A stretch of DNA of 64,000 bases from Squalus acanthias (Eukaryota): contig JASTWF010000325.1 of NCBI GenBank assembly GCA_030390025.1, forward strand, positions 186,001-250,000. The letters run 5' to 3'. The notes beneath the pieces were generated by a model. The model was not told the origin of the DNA. It worked only from the letters and a program-made list of their open reading frames with translations, and did no database searches. Every line of letters starts with the position of its first letter. Within the stretch, counting starts at the first letter, position 1. The position numbers and the translations under genes were made by a program. Of the stretch, positions 15,701 through 30,700 are shown piece after piece.

Positions 15701-18700
15701 CCTGGACAGTGTATATTGATTGTACCTGGACAGTGTATATTGATTGTACCTGGACAGTGTATATTGATTGTACCTGGACAGTGTATATAGATTGTACCTG
15801 GACAGTGTATATAGATTGTACCTGGACAGTGTATATAGATTGTACCTGGACAGTGTATATTGATTGTACCTGGACAGTGTATATAGATTGTACCTGGACA
15901 GTGTATATAGATTGTACCTGGACAGTGTATATAGATTGTACCTGGACAGTGTATATAGATTGTACCTGGACAGTGTATATAGATTGTACCTGGACAGTGT
16001 ATATTGATTGTACCTGGACAGTGTATATAGATTGTACCTGGACAGTGTATATGATTGTACCTGGACAGTGTATATAGATTGTACCTGGACAGTGTATATA
16101 GATTGTACCTGGACAGTGTATATTGATTGTACCTGGACAGTGTATATAGATTGTACCTGGACAGTGTATATAGATTGTACCTGGACAGTGTATATAGATT
16201 GTACCTGGACAGTGTATATAGATTGTACCTGGACAGTGTATATAGATTGTACCTGGACAGTGTATATTGATTGTACCTGGACAGTGTATATAGATTGTAC
16301 CTGGACAGTGTATATAGATTGTACCTGGACAGTGTATATAGATTGTACCTGGACAGTGTATATAGATTGTACCTGGACAGTGTATATTGATTGTACCTGG
16401 ACAGTGTATATAGATTGTACCTGGACAGTGTATATAGATTGTACCTGGACAGTGTATATTGATTGTACCTGGACAGTGTATATAGATTGTACCTGGACAG
16501 TGTATATTGATTGTACCTGGACAGTGTATATTGATTGTACCTGGACAGTGTATATTGATTGTACCTGGACAGTGTATATAGATTGTACCTGGACAGTGTA
16601 TATTGATTGTACCTGGACAGTGTATATTGATTGTACCTGGACAGTGTATATTGATTGTACCTGGACAGTGTATATTGATTGTACCTGGACAGTGTATATT
16701 GATTGTACCTGGACAGTGTATATAGATTGTACCTGGACAGTGTATATTGATTGTACCTGGACAGTGTATATTGATTGTACCTGGACAGTGTATATTGATT
16801 GTACCTGGACAGTGTATATAGATTGTACCTGGACAGTGTATATAGATTGTACCTGGACAGTGTATATAGATTGTACCTGGACAGTGTATATTGATTGTAC
16901 CTGGACAGTGTATATTGATTGTACCTGGACAGTGTATATGATTGTACCTGGACAGTGTATATAGATTGTACCTGGACAGTGTATATAGATTGTACCTGGA
17001 CAGTGTATATAGATTGTACCTGGACAGTGTATATAGATTGTACCTGGACAGTGTATATAGATTGTACCTGGACAGTGTATATAGATTGTACCTGGACAGT
17101 GTATATAGATTGTACCTGGACAGTGTATATAGATTGTACCTGGACAGTGTATATAGATTGTACCTGGACAGTGTATATAGATTGTACCTGGACAGTGTAT
17201 ATTGATTGTACCTGGACAGTGTATTTTATTACCTGGACAGTGTATATAGATTGTACCTGGACAGTGTATATAGATTGTACCTGGACAGTGTATATAGATT
17301 GTACCTGGACAGTGTATATAGATTGTACCTGGACAGTGTATATAGATTGTACCTGGACAGTGTATATAGATTGTACCTGGACAGTGTATATAGATTGTAC
17401 CTGGACAGTGTATATAGATTGTACCTGGACAGTGTATATAGATTGTACCTGGACAGTGTATATAGATTGTACCTGGACAGTGTATATAGATTGTACCTGG
17501 ACAGTGTATATAGATTGTACCTGGACAGTGTATATAGATTGTACCTGGACAGTGTATATAGATTGTACCTGGACAGTGTATATAGATTGTACCTGGACAG
17601 TGTATATAGATTGTACCTGGACAGTGTATATAGATTGTACCTGGACAGTGTATATAGATTGTACCTGGACAGTGTATATAGATTGTACCTGGACAGTGTA
17701 TTTAGATTGTACCTGGACAGTGTATATAATTGTACCTGGACAGTGTATATAGATTGTACCTGGACAGTGTATATAGATTGTACCTGGACAGTGTATATAG
17801 ATTGTACCTGGACAGTGTATATAGATTGTACCTGGACAGTGTATATTAGATTGTACCTGGACAGTGTATATAGATTGTACCTGGACAGTGTATATTGATT
17901 GTACCTGGACAGTGTATATAGATTGTACCTGGACAGTGTATATTGATTGTACCTGGACAGTGTATATAGATTGTACCTGGACAGTGTATATAGATTGTAC
18001 CTGGACAGTGTATATGATTGTACCTGGACAGTGTATATTGATTGTACCTGGACAGTGTATATTGATTGTACCTGGACAGTGTATATTGATTATACCTGGA
18101 CAGTGTATATAGATTGTACCTGGACAGTGTATATAGATTGTACCTGGACATTGTATATAGATTGTACCTGGACAGTGTATATTGATTGTACCTGGACAGT
18201 GTATATAGATTGTACCTGGACAGTGTATATTGATTGTACCTGGACAGTGTATATAGATTGTACCTGGACAGTGTATATTGATTGTACCTGGACAGTGTAT
18301 ATTGATTGTACCTGGACAGTGTATATTGATTGTACCTGGACAGTATATATTGATTATACCTGGACAGTGTATATAGATTGTACCTGGACAGTGTATATAG
18401 ATTGTACCTGGACAGTGTATATAGATTGTACCTGGACAGTGTATATAGATTGTACCTGGACAGTGTATATTGATTGTACCTGGACAGTGTATATAGATTG
18501 TACCTGGACAGTGTATATTGATTGTACCTGGACAGTGTATATAGATTGTACCTGGACAGTGTATATAGATTGTACCTGGACAGTGTATATTGATTGTACC
18601 TGGACAGTGTATATAGATTGTACCTGGACAGTGTATATAGATTGTACCTGGACAGTGTATATAGATTGTACCTGGACAGTGTATATTGATTGTACCTGGA

Positions 18701-21700
18701 CAGTGTATATTGATTGTACCTGGACAGTGTATATTGATTGTACCTGGACAGTGTATATAGATTGTACCTGGACAGTGTATATAGATTGTACCTGGACAGT
18801 GTATATAGATTGTACCTGGACAGTGTATATAGATTGTACCTGGACAGTGTATATAGATTGTACCTGGACAGTGTATATAGATTGTACCTGGACAGTGTAT
18901 ATAGATTGTACCTGGACAGTGTATATAGATTGTACCTGGACAGTGTATATTGATTGTACCTGGACAGTGTATATAGATTGTACCTGGACAGTGTATATAG
19001 ATTGTACCTGGACAGTGTATATTGATTGTACCTGGACAGTGTATATAGATTGTACCTGGACAGTGTATATAGATTGTACCTGGACAGTGTATATAGATTG
19101 TACCTGGACAGTGTATATTGATTGTACCTGGACAGTGTATATTGATTGTACCTGGACAGTGTATATAGATTGTACCTGGACAGTGTATATAGATTGTACC
19201 TGGACAGTGTATATTGATTGTACCTGGACAGTGTATATAGATTGTACCTGGACAGTGTATATAGATTGTACCTGGACAGTGTATATTGATTGTACCTGGA
19301 CAGTGTATATTGATTGTACCTGGACAGTGTATATAGATTGTACCTGGACAGTGTATATTGATTGTACCTGGACAGTGTATATAGATTGTACCTGGACAGT
19401 GTATATAGATTGTACCTGGACAGTGTATATTGATTGTACCTGGACAGTGTATATAGATTGTACCTGGACAGTGTATATAGATTGTACCTGGACAGTGTAT
19501 ATTGATTGTACCTGGACAGTGTATATAGATTGTACCTGGACAGTGTATATAGATTGTACCTGGACAGTGTATATAGATTGTACCTGGACAGTGTATATTG
19601 ATTGTACCTGGACAGTGTATATTGATTGTACCTGGACAGTGTATATAGATTGTACCTGGACAGTGTATATTGATTGTACCTGGACAGTGTATATAGATTG
19701 TACCTGGACAGTGTATATAGATTGTACCTGGACAGTGTATATAGATTGTACCTGGACAGTGTATATAGATTGTACCTGGACAGTGTATATTGATTGTACC
19801 TGGACAGTGTATATTAGATTGTACCTGGACAGTGTATATTGATTGTACCTGGACAGTGTATATAGATTGTACCTGGACAGTGTATATGATTGTACCTGGA
19901 CAGTGTATATTGATTGTACCTGGACAGTGTATATAGATTGTACCTGGACAGTGTATATGATTGTACCTGGACAGTGTATATTGATTGTACCTGGACAGTG
20001 TATATAGATTGTACCTGGACAGTGTATATAGATTGTACCTGGACAGTGTATATTGATTGTACCTGGACAGTGTATATAGATTGTACCTGGACAGTGTATA
20101 TAGATTGTACCTGGACAGTGTATATTGATTGTACCTGGACAGTGTATATTGATTGTACCTGGACAGTGTATATTGATTGTACCTGGACAGTGTATATTGA
20201 TTGTACCTGGACAGTGTATATAGATTGTACCTGGACAGTGTATATAGATTGTACCTGGACAGTGTATATAGATTGTACCTGGACAGTGTATTTTGATTGT
20301 ACCTGGACAGTGTATATAGATTGTACCTGGACAGTGTATATTGATTGTACCTGGACAGTGTATATAGATTGTACCTGGACAGTGTATATAGATTGTACCT
20401 GGACAGTGTATATAGATTGTACCTGGACAGTGTATATTGATTGTACCTGGACAGTGTATATAGATTGTACCTGGACAGTGTATATAGATTGTACCTGGAC
20501 AGTGTATATTGATTGTACCTGGACAGTGTATATAGATTGTACCTGGACAGTGTATATAGATTGTACCTGGACAGTGTATATTGATTGTACCTGGACAGTG
20601 TATATAGATTGTACCTGGACAGTGTATATTGATTGTACCTGGACAGTGTATATTGATTGTACCTGGACAGTGTATATAGATTGTACCTGGACAGTGTATA
20701 TAGATTGTACCTGGACAGTGTATATAGATTGTACCTGGACAGTGTATATTGATTGTACCTGGACAGTGTATATAGATTGTACCTGGACAGTGTATATAGA
20801 TTGTACCTGGACAGTGTATATAGATTGTACCTGGACAGTGTATATTGATTGTACCTGGACAGTGTATATAGATTGTACCTGGACAGTGTATATAGATTGT
20901 ACCTGGACAGTGTATATAGATTGTACCTGGACAGTGTATATTGATTGTACCTGGACAGTGTATATAGATTGTACCTGGACAGTGTATATGATTGTACCTG
21001 GACAGTGTATATTGATTGTACCTGGACAGTGTATATTGATTGTACCTGGACAGTGTATATAGATTGTACCTGGACAGTGTATATAGATTGTACCTGGACA
21101 GTGTATATAGATTGTACCTGGACAGTGTATATAGATTGTACCTGGACAGTGTATATTGATTGTACCTGGACAGTGTATATTGATTGTACCTGGACAGTGT
21201 ATATTGATTGTACCTGGACAGTGTATATAGATTGTACCTGGACAGTGTATATAGATTGTACCTGGACAGTGTATATGATTGTACCTGGACAGTGTATATA
21301 GATTGTACCTGGACAGTGTATATAGATTGTACCTGGACAGTGTATATTGATGGTACCTGGACAGTGTATATAGATTGTACCTGGACAGTGTATATAGATT
21401 GTACCTAGACAGTGTATATTGATTGTACCTGGACAGTGTATATTGATTGTACCTGGACAGTGTATATTGATTGTACCTGGACAGTGTATATGATTGTACC
21501 TGGACAGTGTATATTGATTGTACCTGGACAGTGTATATTGATTGTACCTGGACAGTGTATATGATTGTACCTGGACAGTGTATATAGATTGTACCTGGAC
21601 AGTGTATATAGATTGTACCTGGACAGTGTATATTGATTGTACCTGGACAGTGTATATTGATTGTACCTGGACAGTGTATATTGATTGTACCTGGACAGTG

Positions 21701-24700
21701 TATATTGATTGTACCTGGACAGTGTATATTAATTGTACCTGGACAGTGTATATAGATTGTACCTGGACAGTGTATATTGATTGTACCTGGACAGTGTATA
21801 TTGATTGTACCTGGACAGTGTATATTGATTGTACCTGGACAGTGTATATGATTGTACCTGGACAGTGTATATGATTGTACCTGGACAGTGTATATAGATT
21901 GTACCTGGACAGTGTATATAGATTGTACCTGGACAGTGTATATAGATTGTACCTGGACAGTGTATATAGATTGTACCTGGACAGTGTATATAGATTGTAC
22001 CTGGACAGTGTATATAGATTGTACCTGGACAGTGTATATTGATTGTACCTGGACAGTGTATATAGATTGTACCTGGACAGTGTATATTGATTGTACCTGG
22101 ACAGTGTATATTGATTGTACCTGGACAGTGTATATAGATTTACCTGGACAGTGTATATAGATTGTACCTGGACAGTGTATATAGATTGTACCTGGACAGT
22201 GTATATAGATTGTACCTGGACAGTGTATATAGATTGTACCTGGACAGTGTATATAGATTGTACCTGGACAGTGTATATAGATTGTACCTGGACAGTGTAT
22301 ATAGATTGTACCTGGACAGTGTATATAGATTGTACCTGGACAGTGTATATAGATTGTACCTGGACAGTGTATATAGATTGTACCTGGACAGTGTATATAG
22401 ATTGTACCTGGACAGTGTATATAGATTGTACCTGGACAGTGTATATAGATTGTACCTGGACAGTGTATATAGATTGTACCTGGACAGTGTATATAGATTG
22501 TACCTGGACAGTGTATATAGATTGTACCTGGACAGTGTATATAGATTGTACCTGGACAGTGTATATAGATTGTACCTGGACAGTGTATATAGATTGTACC
22601 TGGACAGTGTATATTGATTGTACCTGGACAGTGTATATAGATTGTACCTGGACAGTGTATATAGATTGTACCTGGACAGTGTATATAGATTGTACCTGGA
22701 CAGTGTATATAGATTGTACCTGGACAGTGTATATAGATTGTACCTGGACAGTGTATATAGATTGTACCTGGACAGTGTATATTGATTGTACCTGGACAGT
22801 GTATATAGATTGTACCTGGACAGTGTATATAGATTGTACCTGGACAGTGTATATAGATTGTACCTGGACAGTGTATATTGATTGTACCTGGACAGTGTAT
22901 ATAGATTGTACCTGGACAGTGTATATAGATTGTACCTGGACAGTGTATATTGATTGTACCTGGACAGTGTATATTGATTGTACCTGGACAGTGTATATTG
23001 ATTGTACCTGGACAGTGTATATTGATTGTACCTGGACAGTGTATATAGATTGTACCTGGACAGTGTATATAGATTGTACCTGGACAGTGTATATAGATTG
23101 TACCTGGACAGTGTATATTGATTGTACCTGGACAGTGTATATAGATTGTACCTGGACAGTGTATATTGATTGTACCTGGACAGTGTATATAGATTGTACC
23201 TGGACAGTGTATATTGATTGTACCTGGACAGTGTATATTGATTGTACCTGGACAGTGTATATTGATTGTACCTGGACAGTGTATATTGATTGTACCTGGA
23301 CAGTGTATATAGATTGTACCTGGACAGTGTATATAGATTGTACCTGGACAGTGTATATAGATTGTACCTGGACATTGTATATAGATTGTACCTGGACAGT
23401 GTATATTGATTGTACCTGGACAGTGTATATAGATTGTACCTGGACAGTGTATATTGATTGTACCTGGACAGTGTATATAGATTGTACCTGGACAGTGTAT
23501 ATAGATTGTACCTGGACAGTGTATATTGATTGTACCTGGACAGTGTATATAGATTGTACCTGGACAGTGTATATAGATTGTACCTGGACAGTGTATATAG
23601 ATTGTACCTGGACAGTGTATATTGATTGTACCTGGACAGTGTATATTGATTGTACCTGGACAGTGTATATTGATTGTACCTGGACAGTGTATATAGATTG
23701 TACCTGGACAGTGTATATAGATTGTACCTGGACAGTGTATATAGATTGTACCTGGACAGTGTATATAGATTGTACCTGGACAGTGTATATAGATTGTACC
23801 TGGACAGTGTATATAGATTGTACCTGGACAGTGTATATAGATTGTACCTGGACAGTGTATATTGATTGTACCTGGACAGTGTATATTGATTGTACCTGGA
23901 CAGTGTATATAGATTGTACCTGGACAGTGTATATAGATTGTACCTGGACAGTGTATATTGATTGTACCTGGACAGTGTATATAGATTGTACCTGGACAGT
24001 GTATATAGATTGTACCTGGACAGTGTATATAGATTGTACCTGGACAGTGTATATTGATTGTACCTGGACAGTGTATATATTGATTGTACCTGGACAGTGT
24101 ATATAGATTGTACCTGGACAGTGTATATTGATTGTACCTGGACAGTGTATATAGATTGTACCTGGACAGTGTATATAGATTGTACCTGGACAGTGTATAT
24201 AGATTGTACCTGGACAGTGTATATAGATTGTACCTGGACAGTGTATATTGATTGTACCTGGACAGTGTATATAGATTGTACCTGGACAGTGTATATAGAT
24301 TGTACCTGGACAGTGTATATGATTGTACCTGGACAGTGTATATAGATTGTACCTGGACAGTGTATATTGATTGTACCTGGACAGTGTATATTGATTGTAC
24401 CTGGACAGTGTATATAGATTGTACCTGGACAGTGTATATTGATTGTACCTGGACAGTGTATATTGATTGTACCTGGACAGTGTATATTGATTGTACCTGG
24501 ACAGTGTATATAGATTGTACCTGGACAGTGTATATTGATTGTACCTGGACAGTGTATATAGATTGTACCTGGACAGTGTATATTGATTGTACCTGGACAG
24601 TGTATATAGATTGTACCTGGACAGTGTATATAGATTGTACCTGGACAGTGTATATTGATTGTACCTGGACAGTGTATATTGATTGTACCTGGACAGTGTA

Positions 24701-27700
24701 TATAGATTGTACCTGGACAGTGTATATTGATTGTACCTGGACAGTGTATATAGATTGTACCTGGACAGTGTATATAGATTGTACCTGGACAGTGTATATA
24801 GATTGTACCTGGACAGTGTATATTGATTGTACCTGGACAGTGTATATAGATTGTACCTGGACAGTGTATATAGATTGTACCTGGACAGTGTATATTGATT
24901 GTACCTGGACAGTGTATATAGATTGTACCTGGACAGTGTATATAGATTGTACCTGGACAGTGTATATTGATTGTACCTGGACAGTGTATATTGATTGTAC
25001 CTGGACAGTGTATATTGATTGTACCTGGACAGTGTATATGATTGTACCTGGACAGTGTATATTGATTGTACCTGGACAGTGTATATAGATTGTACCTGGA
25101 CAGTGTATATTGATTGTACCTGGACAGTGTATATTGATTGTACCTGGACAGTGTATATAGATTGTACCTGGACAGTGTATATAGATTGTACCTGGACAGT
25201 GTATATTGATTGTACCTGGACAGTGTATATAGATTGTACCTGGACAGTGTATATTGATTGTACCTGGACAGTGTATATTGATTGTACCTGGACAGTGTAT
25301 ATTGATTGTACCTGGACAGTGTATATTGATTGTACCTGGACAGTGTATATTGATTGTACCTGGACAGTGTATATAGATTGTACCTGGACAGTGTATATAG
25401 ATTGTACCTGGACAGTGTATATTGATTGTACCTGGACAGTGTATATAGATTGTACCTGGACAGTGTATATAGATTGTACCTGGACAGTGTATATTGATTG
25501 TACCTGGACAGTGTATATTGATTGTACCTGGACAGTGTATATTGATTGTACCTGGACAGTGTATATTGATTATACCTGGACAGAGTATATAGATTGTACC
25601 TGGACAGTGTATATAGATTGTACCTGGACAGTGTATATAGATTGTACCTGGACAGTGTATTTGATTGTACCTGGACAGTGTATATAGATTGTACCTGGAC
25701 AGTGTATATTGATTGTACCTGGACAGTGTATATAGATTGTACCTGGACAGTGTATATAGATTGTACCTGGACAGTGTATATAGATTGTACCTGGACAGTG
25801 TATATTGATTGTACCTGGACAGTGTATATAGATTGTACCTGGACAGTGTATATAGATTGTACCTGGACAGTGTATATTGATTGTACCTGGACAGTGTATA
25901 TAGATTGTACCTGGACAGTGTATATAGATTGTACCTGGACAGTGTATATTGATTGTACCTGGACAGTGTATATTGATTGTACCTGGACAGTGTATATTGA
26001 TTGTACCTGGACAGTGTATATTGATTGTACCTGGACAGTGTATATAGATTGTACCTGGACAGTGTATATAGATTGTACCTGGACAGTGTATATAGATTGT
26101 ACCTGGACAGTGTATATTGATTGTACCTGGACAGTGTATATAGATTGTACCTGGACAGTGTATATAGATTGTACCTGGACAGTGTATATAGATTGTACCT
26201 GGACAGTGTATATAGATTGTACCTGGACAGTGTATATAGATTGTACCTGGACAGTGTATATAGATTGTACCTGGACAGTGTATATAGATTGTACCTGGAC
26301 AGTGTATATAGATTGTACCTGGACAGTGTATATAGATTGTACCTGGACAGTGTATATAGATTGTACCTGGACAGTGTATATTGATTGTACCTGGACAGTG
26401 TATATTGATTGTACCTGGACAGTGTATATAGATTGTACCTGGACAGTGTATATAGATTGTACCTGGACAGTGTATATAGATTGTACCTGGACAGTGTATA
26501 TAGATTGTACCTGGACAGTGTATATAGATTGTACCTGGACAGTGTATATAGATTGTACCTGGACAGTGTATATTGATTGTACCTGGACAGTGTATATAGA
26601 TTGTACCTGGACAGTGTATATAGATTGTACCTGGACAGTGTATATAGATTGTACCTGGACAGTGTATATAGATTGTACCTGGACAGTGTATATAGATTGT
26701 ACCTGGACAGTGTATATTGATTGTACCTGGACAGTGTATATAGATTGTACCTGGACAGTGTATATAGATTGTACCTGGACAGTGTATATTGATTGTACCT
26801 GGACAGTGTATATTGATTGTACCTGGACAGTGTATATAGATTGTACCTGGACAGTGTATATTGATTGTACCTGGACAGTGTATATTGATTGTACCTGGAC
26901 AGTGTATATAGATTGTACCTGGACAGTGTATATTGATTGTACCTGGACAGTGTATATTGATTGTACCTGGACAGTGTATATAGATTGTACCTGGACAGTG
27001 TATATTGATTGTACCTGGACAGTGTATATTGATTGTACCTGGACAGTGTATATTGATTGTACCTGGACAGTGTATATTGATTGTACCTGGACAGTGTATA
27101 TGATTGTACCTGGACAGTGTATATAGATTGTACCTGGACAGTGTATATAGATTGTACCTGGACAGTGTATATAGATTGTACCTGGACAGTGTATATAGAT
27201 TGTACCTGGACAGTGTATATAGATTGTACCTGGACAGTGTATATAGATTGTACCTGGACAGTGTATATAGATTGTACCTGGACAGTGTATATTGATTGTA
27301 CCTGGACAGTGTATATAGATTGTACCTGGACAGTGTATATAGATTGTACCTGGACAGTGTATATAGATTGTACCTGGACAGTGTATATAGATTGTACCTG
27401 GACAGTGTATATAGATTGTACCTGGACAGTGTATATAGATTGTACCTGGACAGTGTATATAGATTGTACCTGGACAGTGTATATAGATTGTACCTGGACA
27501 GTGTATATAGATTGTACCTGGACAGTGTATATAGATTGTACCTGGACAGTGTATATAGATTGTACCTGGACAGTGTATATAGATTGTACCTGGACAGTGT
27601 ATATTGATTGTACCTGGACAGTGTATATTGATTGTACCTGGACAGTGTATATAGATTGTACCTGGACAGTGTATATTGATTGTACCTGGACAGTGTATAT

Positions 27701-30700
27701 AGATTGTACCTGGACAGTGTATATAGATTGTACCTGGACAGTGTATATAGATTGTACCTGGACAGTGTATATTGATTGTACCTGGACAGTGTATATAGAT
27801 TGTACCTGGACAGTGTATATTGATTGTACCTGGACAGTGTATATAGATTGTACCTGGACAGTGTATATTGATTGTACCTGGACAGTGTATATAGATTGTA
27901 CCTGGACAGTGTATATAGATTGTACCTGGACAGTGTATATTGATTGTACCTGGACAGTGTATATTGATTGTACCTGGACAGTGTATATAGATTGTACCTG
28001 GACAGTGTATATTGATTGTACCTGGACAGTGTATATAGATTGTACCTGGACAGTGTATATAGATTGTACCTGGACAGTGTATATAGATTGTACCTGGACA
28101 GTGTATATTGATTGTACCTGGACAGTGTATATAGATTGTACCTGGACAGTGTATATAGATTGTACCTGGACAGTGTATATTGATTGTACCTGGACAGTGT
28201 ATATTGATTGTACCTGGACAGTGTATATAGATTGTACCTGGACAGTGTATATAGATTGTACCTGGACAGTGTATATAGATTGTACCTGGACAGTGTATAT
28301 TGATTGTACCTGGACAGTGTATATAGATTGTACCTGGACAGTGTATATAGATTGTACCTGGACAGTGTATATTGATTGTACCTGGACAGTGTATATTGAT
28401 TGTACCTGGACAGTGTATATGATTGTACCTGGACAGTGTATATTGATTGTACCTGGACAGTGTATATTGATTGTACCTGGACAGTGTATATTGATTGTAC
28501 CTGGACAGTGTATATTGATTGTACCTGGACAGTGTATATTGATTGTACCTGGACAGTGTATATAGATTGTACCTGGACAGTGTATATAGATTGTACCTGG
28601 ACAGTGTATATTGATTGTACCTGGACAGTGTATATAGATTGTACCTGGACAGTGTATATAGATTGTACCTGGACAGTGTATATTGATTGTACCTGGACAG
28701 TGTATATAGATTGTACCTGGACAGTGTATATTGATTGTACCTGGACAGTGTATATAGATTGTACCTGGACAGTGTATATAGATTGTACCTGGACAGTGTA
28801 TATAGATTGTACCTGGACAGTGTATATTGATTGTACCTGGACAGTGTATATAGATTGTACCTGGACAGTGTATATAGATTGTACCTGGACAGTGTATATT
28901 GATTGTACCTGGACAGTGTATATTGATTGTACCTGGACAGTGTATATAGATTGTACCTGGACAGTGTATATAGATTGTACCTGGACAGTGTATATAGATT
29001 GTACCTGGACAGTGTATATTGATTGTACCTGGACAGTGTATATAGATTGTACCTGGACAGTGTATATAGATTGTACCTGGACAGTGTATATAGATTGTAC
29101 CTGGACAGTGTATATTGATTGTACCTGGACAGTGTATATAGATTGTACCTGGACAGTGTATATAGATTGTACCTGGACAGTGTATATTGATTGTACCTGG
29201 ACAGTGTATATAGATTGTACCTGGACAGTGTATATAGATTGTACCTGGACAGTGTATATTGATAGTACCTGGACAGTGTATATTGATTGTACCTGAACAG
29301 TGTATATTGATTGTACCTGGACAGTGTTTATTGGTTGTACCTGGAGACTGTATATTGATTGTATTTGGACAGTGTATATTGATTGTACCTGGACAGTGTA
29401 TATTGATTGTACCTGGACAGTGTATATTGATTGTACCTGGACAGTGTATATAGATTGTACCTGGACAGTGTATATTGATTGTACCTGGACAGTGTATATT
29501 GATTGTACCTGGACAGTGTATATGATTGTACCTGGACAGTGTATATTGATTGTACCTGGACAGTGTATATAGATTGTACCTGGACAGTGTATATTGATTG
29601 TACCTGGACAGTGTATATAGATTGTACCTGGACAGTGTATATTGATTGTACCTGGACAGTGTATATAGATTGTACCTGGACAGTGTATATAGATTGTACC
29701 TGGACAGTGTATATAGATTGTACCTGGACAGTGTATATAGATTGTACCTGGACAGTGTATATAGATTGTACCTGGACAGTGTATATAGATTGTACCTGGA
29801 CAGTGTATATAGATTGTACCTGGACAGTGTATATAGATTGTACCTGGACAGTGTATATAGATTGTACCTGGACAGTGTATATAGATTGTACCTGGACAGT
29901 GTATATAGATTGTACCTGGACAGTGTATATAGATTGTACCTGGACAGTGTATATTGATTGTACCTGGACAGTGTATATAGATTGTACCTGGACAGTGTAT
30001 ATTGATTGTACCTGGACAGTGTATATTGATTGTACCTGGACAGTGTATATAGATTGTACCTGGACAGTGTATATTGATTGTACCTGGACAGTGTATATTG
30101 ATTGTACCTGGACAGTGTATATAGATTGTACCTGGACAGTGTATATAGATTGTACCTGGACAGTGTATATTGATTGTACCTGGACAGTGTATATAGATTG
30201 TACCTGGACAGTGTATATAGATTGTACCTGGACAGTGTATATAGATTGTACCTGGACAGTGTATATAGATTGTACCTGGACAGTGTATATAGATTGTACC
30301 TGGACAGTGTATATAGATTGTACCTGGACAGTGTATATAGATTGTACCTGGACAGTGTATATTGATTGTACCTGGACAGTGTATATAGATTGTACCTGGA
30401 CAGTGTATATAGATTGTACCTGGACAGTGTATATAGATTGTACCTGGACAGTGTATATAGATTGTACCTGGACAGTGTATATAGATTGTACCTGGACAGT
30501 GTATATTGATTGTACCTGGACAGTGTATATAGATTGTACCTGGACAGTGTATATAGATTGTACCTGGACAGTGTATATAGATTGTACCTGGACAGTGTAT
30601 ATAGATTGTACCTGGACAGTGTATATTGATTGTACCTGGACAGTGTATATTGATTGTACCTGGACAGTGTATATTGATTGTACCTGGACAGTGTATATAG